Shown in pieces: positions 61,428 through 64,000 of a DNA stretch of 64,000 nucleotides. Source of the stretch: Burkholderiaceae bacterium (GTDB taxonomy: Bacteria > Patescibacteriota > Saccharimonadia > Saccharimonadales > AQU-01); the NCBI GenBank assembly GCA_043788365.1, contig JAYVTZ010000005.1:13249-77248 (forward strand), in the 5' to 3' direction. The notes under the pieces were generated by a model that ran no database searches, had not been told where the DNA came from, and saw only the letters and a list, made by a program, of their open reading frames with translations. Position numbers and translations under genes: made by a program. Position 1 is the first letter of the stretch; every line of letters starts with the position of its first letter.

Positions 61428-61889
61428 TTAGGGTTCAATAACACGCAATACAGTTGGAACGGAAAATCTCTCAACACCGTTGGCATTAGATATCTGAGTT
61501 GTAACCTCGAGAATCTTAGCTGCACAAGCAAGAACTTCTGGAGAATCTGGTCCAGCAAAAGAACCTTCTGCTCGAAGGGTACTAAAAGCGTAGTCAGTAG
61601 CTCTGTCGGCCAATTTTTGACCAGAGGCTAGCTCAATTGTCTTGGTTTCAGGCCCAACTTCACAAAATATTCGAGGGTCAAGTTTACTTTTATCTATGGT
61701 GTCATTGACGATAGTATTTGGAGTTTTGTCACGATTTGAACTGTGCACAGAATCTACCACAGAATGGCCGTTATTACCTGCTGCGAGAAATCCAGCACCC
61801 GAGAGTGCGGCGACAGCTGTCATGGCAGTTGTTACTTTAGCAGTTCTTGACATACGATTTTTAGAACTAGACTGTGGTTCGTGGTTCAT
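61428..61889 (-). CDS. Hypothetical secreted protein
   Basis: 153-aa ORF with a signal/anchor-like N-terminus. Confidence 0.5.
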   Translation of the reverse strand: MNHEPQSSSKNRMSRTAKVTTAMTAVAALSGAGFLAAGNNGHSVVDSVHSSNRDKTPNTIVNDTIDKSKLDPRIFCEVGPETKTIELASGQKLADRATDYAFSTLRAEGSFAGPDSPEVLACAAKILEVTTQISNANGVERFSVPTVLRVIEP

Positions 61890-61961
61890 GATTATCCTTT
61901 ATTAAGAATCAAGTATCACTATACAGTAAATATGTGTTTTTGTCAAGAAAGACTTTGACTA

Positions 61962-64000
61962 TTACGTGCTTAGAGCGATGATGTAACCCCAGGTGTATTT
62001 GTCGACTATACCTGTAGCGCTTAGGCCAAACCTAGTTTGATATTGCTTGATTGCCGAAACTGTAGGAGCATCCATAACTCCGTTAATCGTAACAAGACAA
62101 TTGCACCATGCCGGTCCAATGTTTTGATGATTCAAGCGCCATTGTAAGTTCTTAACACAATCACCTGTCGAAGTACTTATTAAGTTGGCATAGTAAAGAC
62201 CGCTTATCAAAGTACATGCGTATGGTGGTGGAGTATTAAGCACACGAAAACCTTTTGTAGACACTGGCTGGGTGTTCATACCATTAAAATCAAGCGTGCT
62301 CAAAGAACAGGAGAACAGGTTATAGTAGGTCCATATACATGTGGCTTGATCGCCCATCAGTGTATTGCCAGGATCAGGGACATCATGAGGAAATCCTAAA
62401 TTATGCAAATACTCATGCACGGCCACTCCAGACATAGTGTTAACACCTGTAATTAAGGACGAACACATAGCGGTAAATCCGTTAAAGTTAACATGGATAT
62501 TGCCTGGTTGTTGGCCCCAGCCGCACGCATTACCGTTTTTACCATTAATTAGCTCTGGAAGAAAAACCCCGGTATACCAATCAGTTCTATTGAGGGCAGT
62601 GTTTTTGGCTAAATTATCAATAATTGGCTGGCTATTGCCATCACATGTATTGGCCGGCAGCGTGGGTTGATTGCACAGTTGCGGTACGGTTTGGCTTACA
62701 GTTGTTCTTTGAATGTCGGCAACGTTAATGGTGCCGTATTGAGTAAGATTTCGGGATAAATATTGTTGCATTTCTTCAGCAACCAATCCGTAATTAAGCA
62801 TACCCGGCGTGCCAGCGTCGGCCGTATTTACTACCATTATTCTGTAAGGTACATTTATTGCCCCCTTGGTAACGCAATAGATACTAATTGGGCAGCTGCA
62901 CTTGCCGTTGACTGAATTGTTAGCATTTTTGTCGGTTGAGGTGCCGTTATAGCAGGTCGATGGGTATGTTGCGATTGCTTTAAAACCAGTACCTACGGTT
63001 GGTACTGGGGTTGGAGTACCCTTTGGGGTGGCTGTTGGTGCTGGGGTTGGGGTTGGGGAGGATTTTGGTGTCGATGCAGCCGATATTGTCGTTCCAGAAG
63101 AAGCTTGCCCGAATCCAGTAATTTGTGCGGCAAAGTTAGTTGATGCAGCTCGAGCGCCCGGGTATTCAAAAGTAACTCTTAGGTAATAGCTTGCATAATT
63201 ATTCTTAAGATTCAAAGAGTTGAGCCCTTTGCTCCTTAAAAAGTTATACAACTTACCTGCCGCCTGCCCTGTTATGGTAAGTGACTGCGTATCTAGTGAC
63301 TTTTGTGATGCCACACCAGCATCGATCAGAAAGGCTTGTTTTTCGGCGAGAGTAGTAACATTCTCAGGATAGACAACTGCTCCGAAGTACTGAGCTATAG
63401 TCTGTTCGTTTTGTTTAAGTACTTGTTCTAGCGAGGCTGGAGCAGCTAGGAATGATGGCCAATTATCTTTGGTATCAAAACTACCATGGAGTACGCGAAT
63501 AGTCATATTGGCTATTTCTGGTACGAACTCTTTGCCTGACTGCTGGCAGACGTTCTTGATGTCTTGATGCACCTTCACCGAGGCTTGCTTGGCTGGCGAG
63601 TCAGGTGTATCGGCCGAAATATTATGGGTGCTTAGGCTATTGACGTCGTAAACACGAAGACTAGTACCTTCGTCATTGTGTGTGCTCTCGCTTGTTGTCT
63701 TAAATTTGGCTTTCTGGTCCTTAATATCTCCACTAACCTTAGTGGCGTCTCCTGCGGTTGACTTGACTATCTTGAAGATTGGAAGTTCGTCACCAACTGG
63801 ATCATTGATGCTACACATTACTGTGCCTTCGTTAAACATACGACCGTCTAACCTTAAGGTACTGTCGTCTTGTGGCGGCCTTTGGTAGTCATCAGGGACT
63901 TCTTTAGTTTTATCTGTGTTTTTCTTGGCAGGTACTTCAGTGATAGCATCAGCGGCGAGTGGTGTGTCGTAGAGGTCTGTTGAGGTTAAGGCTTTGGCGT
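61962..64000 (-). CDS. Secreted metzincin-like zinc protease with Pro/Thr linker and C-terminal peptidoglycan-binding domain (5' end may lie outside window)
   Basis: VAVHEYLHNLGFPHD (HExxHxxGxxH/D). C-terminal DAPTVSAIKQYQTRFGLSATGIVDKYTWGYI (PG_binding_1-like). By my hand translation the reading frame stays open upstream of the listed Met to the window edge. Confidence 0.8.
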   Translation of the reverse strand, partial: AKALTSTDLYDTPLAADAITEVPAKKNTDKTKEVPDDYQRPPQDDSTLRLDGRMFNEGTVMCSINDPVGDELPIFKIVKSTAGDATKVSGDIKDQKAKFKTTSESTHNDEGTSLRVYDVNSLSTHNISADTPDSPAKQASVKVHQDIKNVCQQSGKEFVPEIANMTIRVLHGSFDTKDNWPSFLAAPASLEQVLKQNEQTIAQYFGAVVYPENVTTLAEKQAFLIDAGVASQKSLDTQSLTITGQAAGKLYNFLRSKGLNSLNLKNNYASYYLRVTFEYPGARAASTNFAAQITGFGQASSGTTISAASTPKSSPTPTPAPTATPKGTPTPVPTVGTGFKAIATYPSTCYNGTSTDKNANNSVNGKCSCPISIYCVTKGAINVPYRIMVVNTADAGTPGMLNYGLVAEEMQQYLSRNLTQYGTINVADIQRTTVSQTVPQLCNQPTLPANTCDGNSQPIIDNLAKNTALNRTDWYTGVFLPELINGKNGNACGWGQQPGNIHVNFNGFTAMCSSLITGVNTMSGVAVHEYLHNLGFPHDVPDPGNTLMGDQATCIWTYYNLFSCSLSTLDFNGMNTQPVSTKGFRVLNTPPPYACTLISGLYYANLISTSTGDCVKNLQWRLNHQNIGPAWCNCLVTINGVMDAPTVSAIKQYQTRFGLSATGIVDKYTWGYIIALST

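Overview
This 64-kb window looks like a reduced-genome Gram-positive-type bacterium. Candidate Phyla Radiation / Saccharibacteria-like is my inference from gene content only. ORFs are long under the standard code and TGA is used as a stop.

**Core content**
- Translation and tRNA-modification genes: infC-rpmI-rplT, rpmB, thrS, miaA, queA, tgt, ychF.
- RNase P RNA and six tRNA genes.
- eno-gpmA, ndk, nrdR, xerC-like.
- A membrane GT2 glycosyltransferase.
- A complete type IV pilus locus (pilM-N-O, pilB, pilT, pilC, pilA, pilD, four prepilin-like genes), flanked by large secreted proteins with Pro/Thr-rich linkers.

**Accessory content**
- About 22.6-34.1 kb appears to be an integrative element abutting tRNA-Asp.
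- It carries a large serine recombinase whose 3' end reads into the tRNA, plus a second recombinase paralogue lacking the nucleophile serine.
- It also carries a block of uncharacterised genes and a five-gene cargo operon: an RNxxxH-motif protein, a VOC protein, a 2-hydroxyacid dehydrogenase, an unknown, and a beta-lactamase-fold hydrolase.

**Observations most worth a second look**
- A canonical-looking T-box antiterminator upstream of thrS.
- A conserved ~36-nt dual semi-palindrome at three intergenic loci.
- Three inverted repeats whose arms are arrays of 7-bp units. One pair brackets a four-helix-bundle gene of the kind found in 23S rRNA intervening sequences.
- Partial tRNA duplications at tRNA-Val and tRNA-Arg. 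The tRNA-Val one is homologous to a segment inside the island.
- Several unassigned structured RNAs.

All RNA and repeat calls were made by eye and their coordinates are approximate. Nothing was searched against a database.
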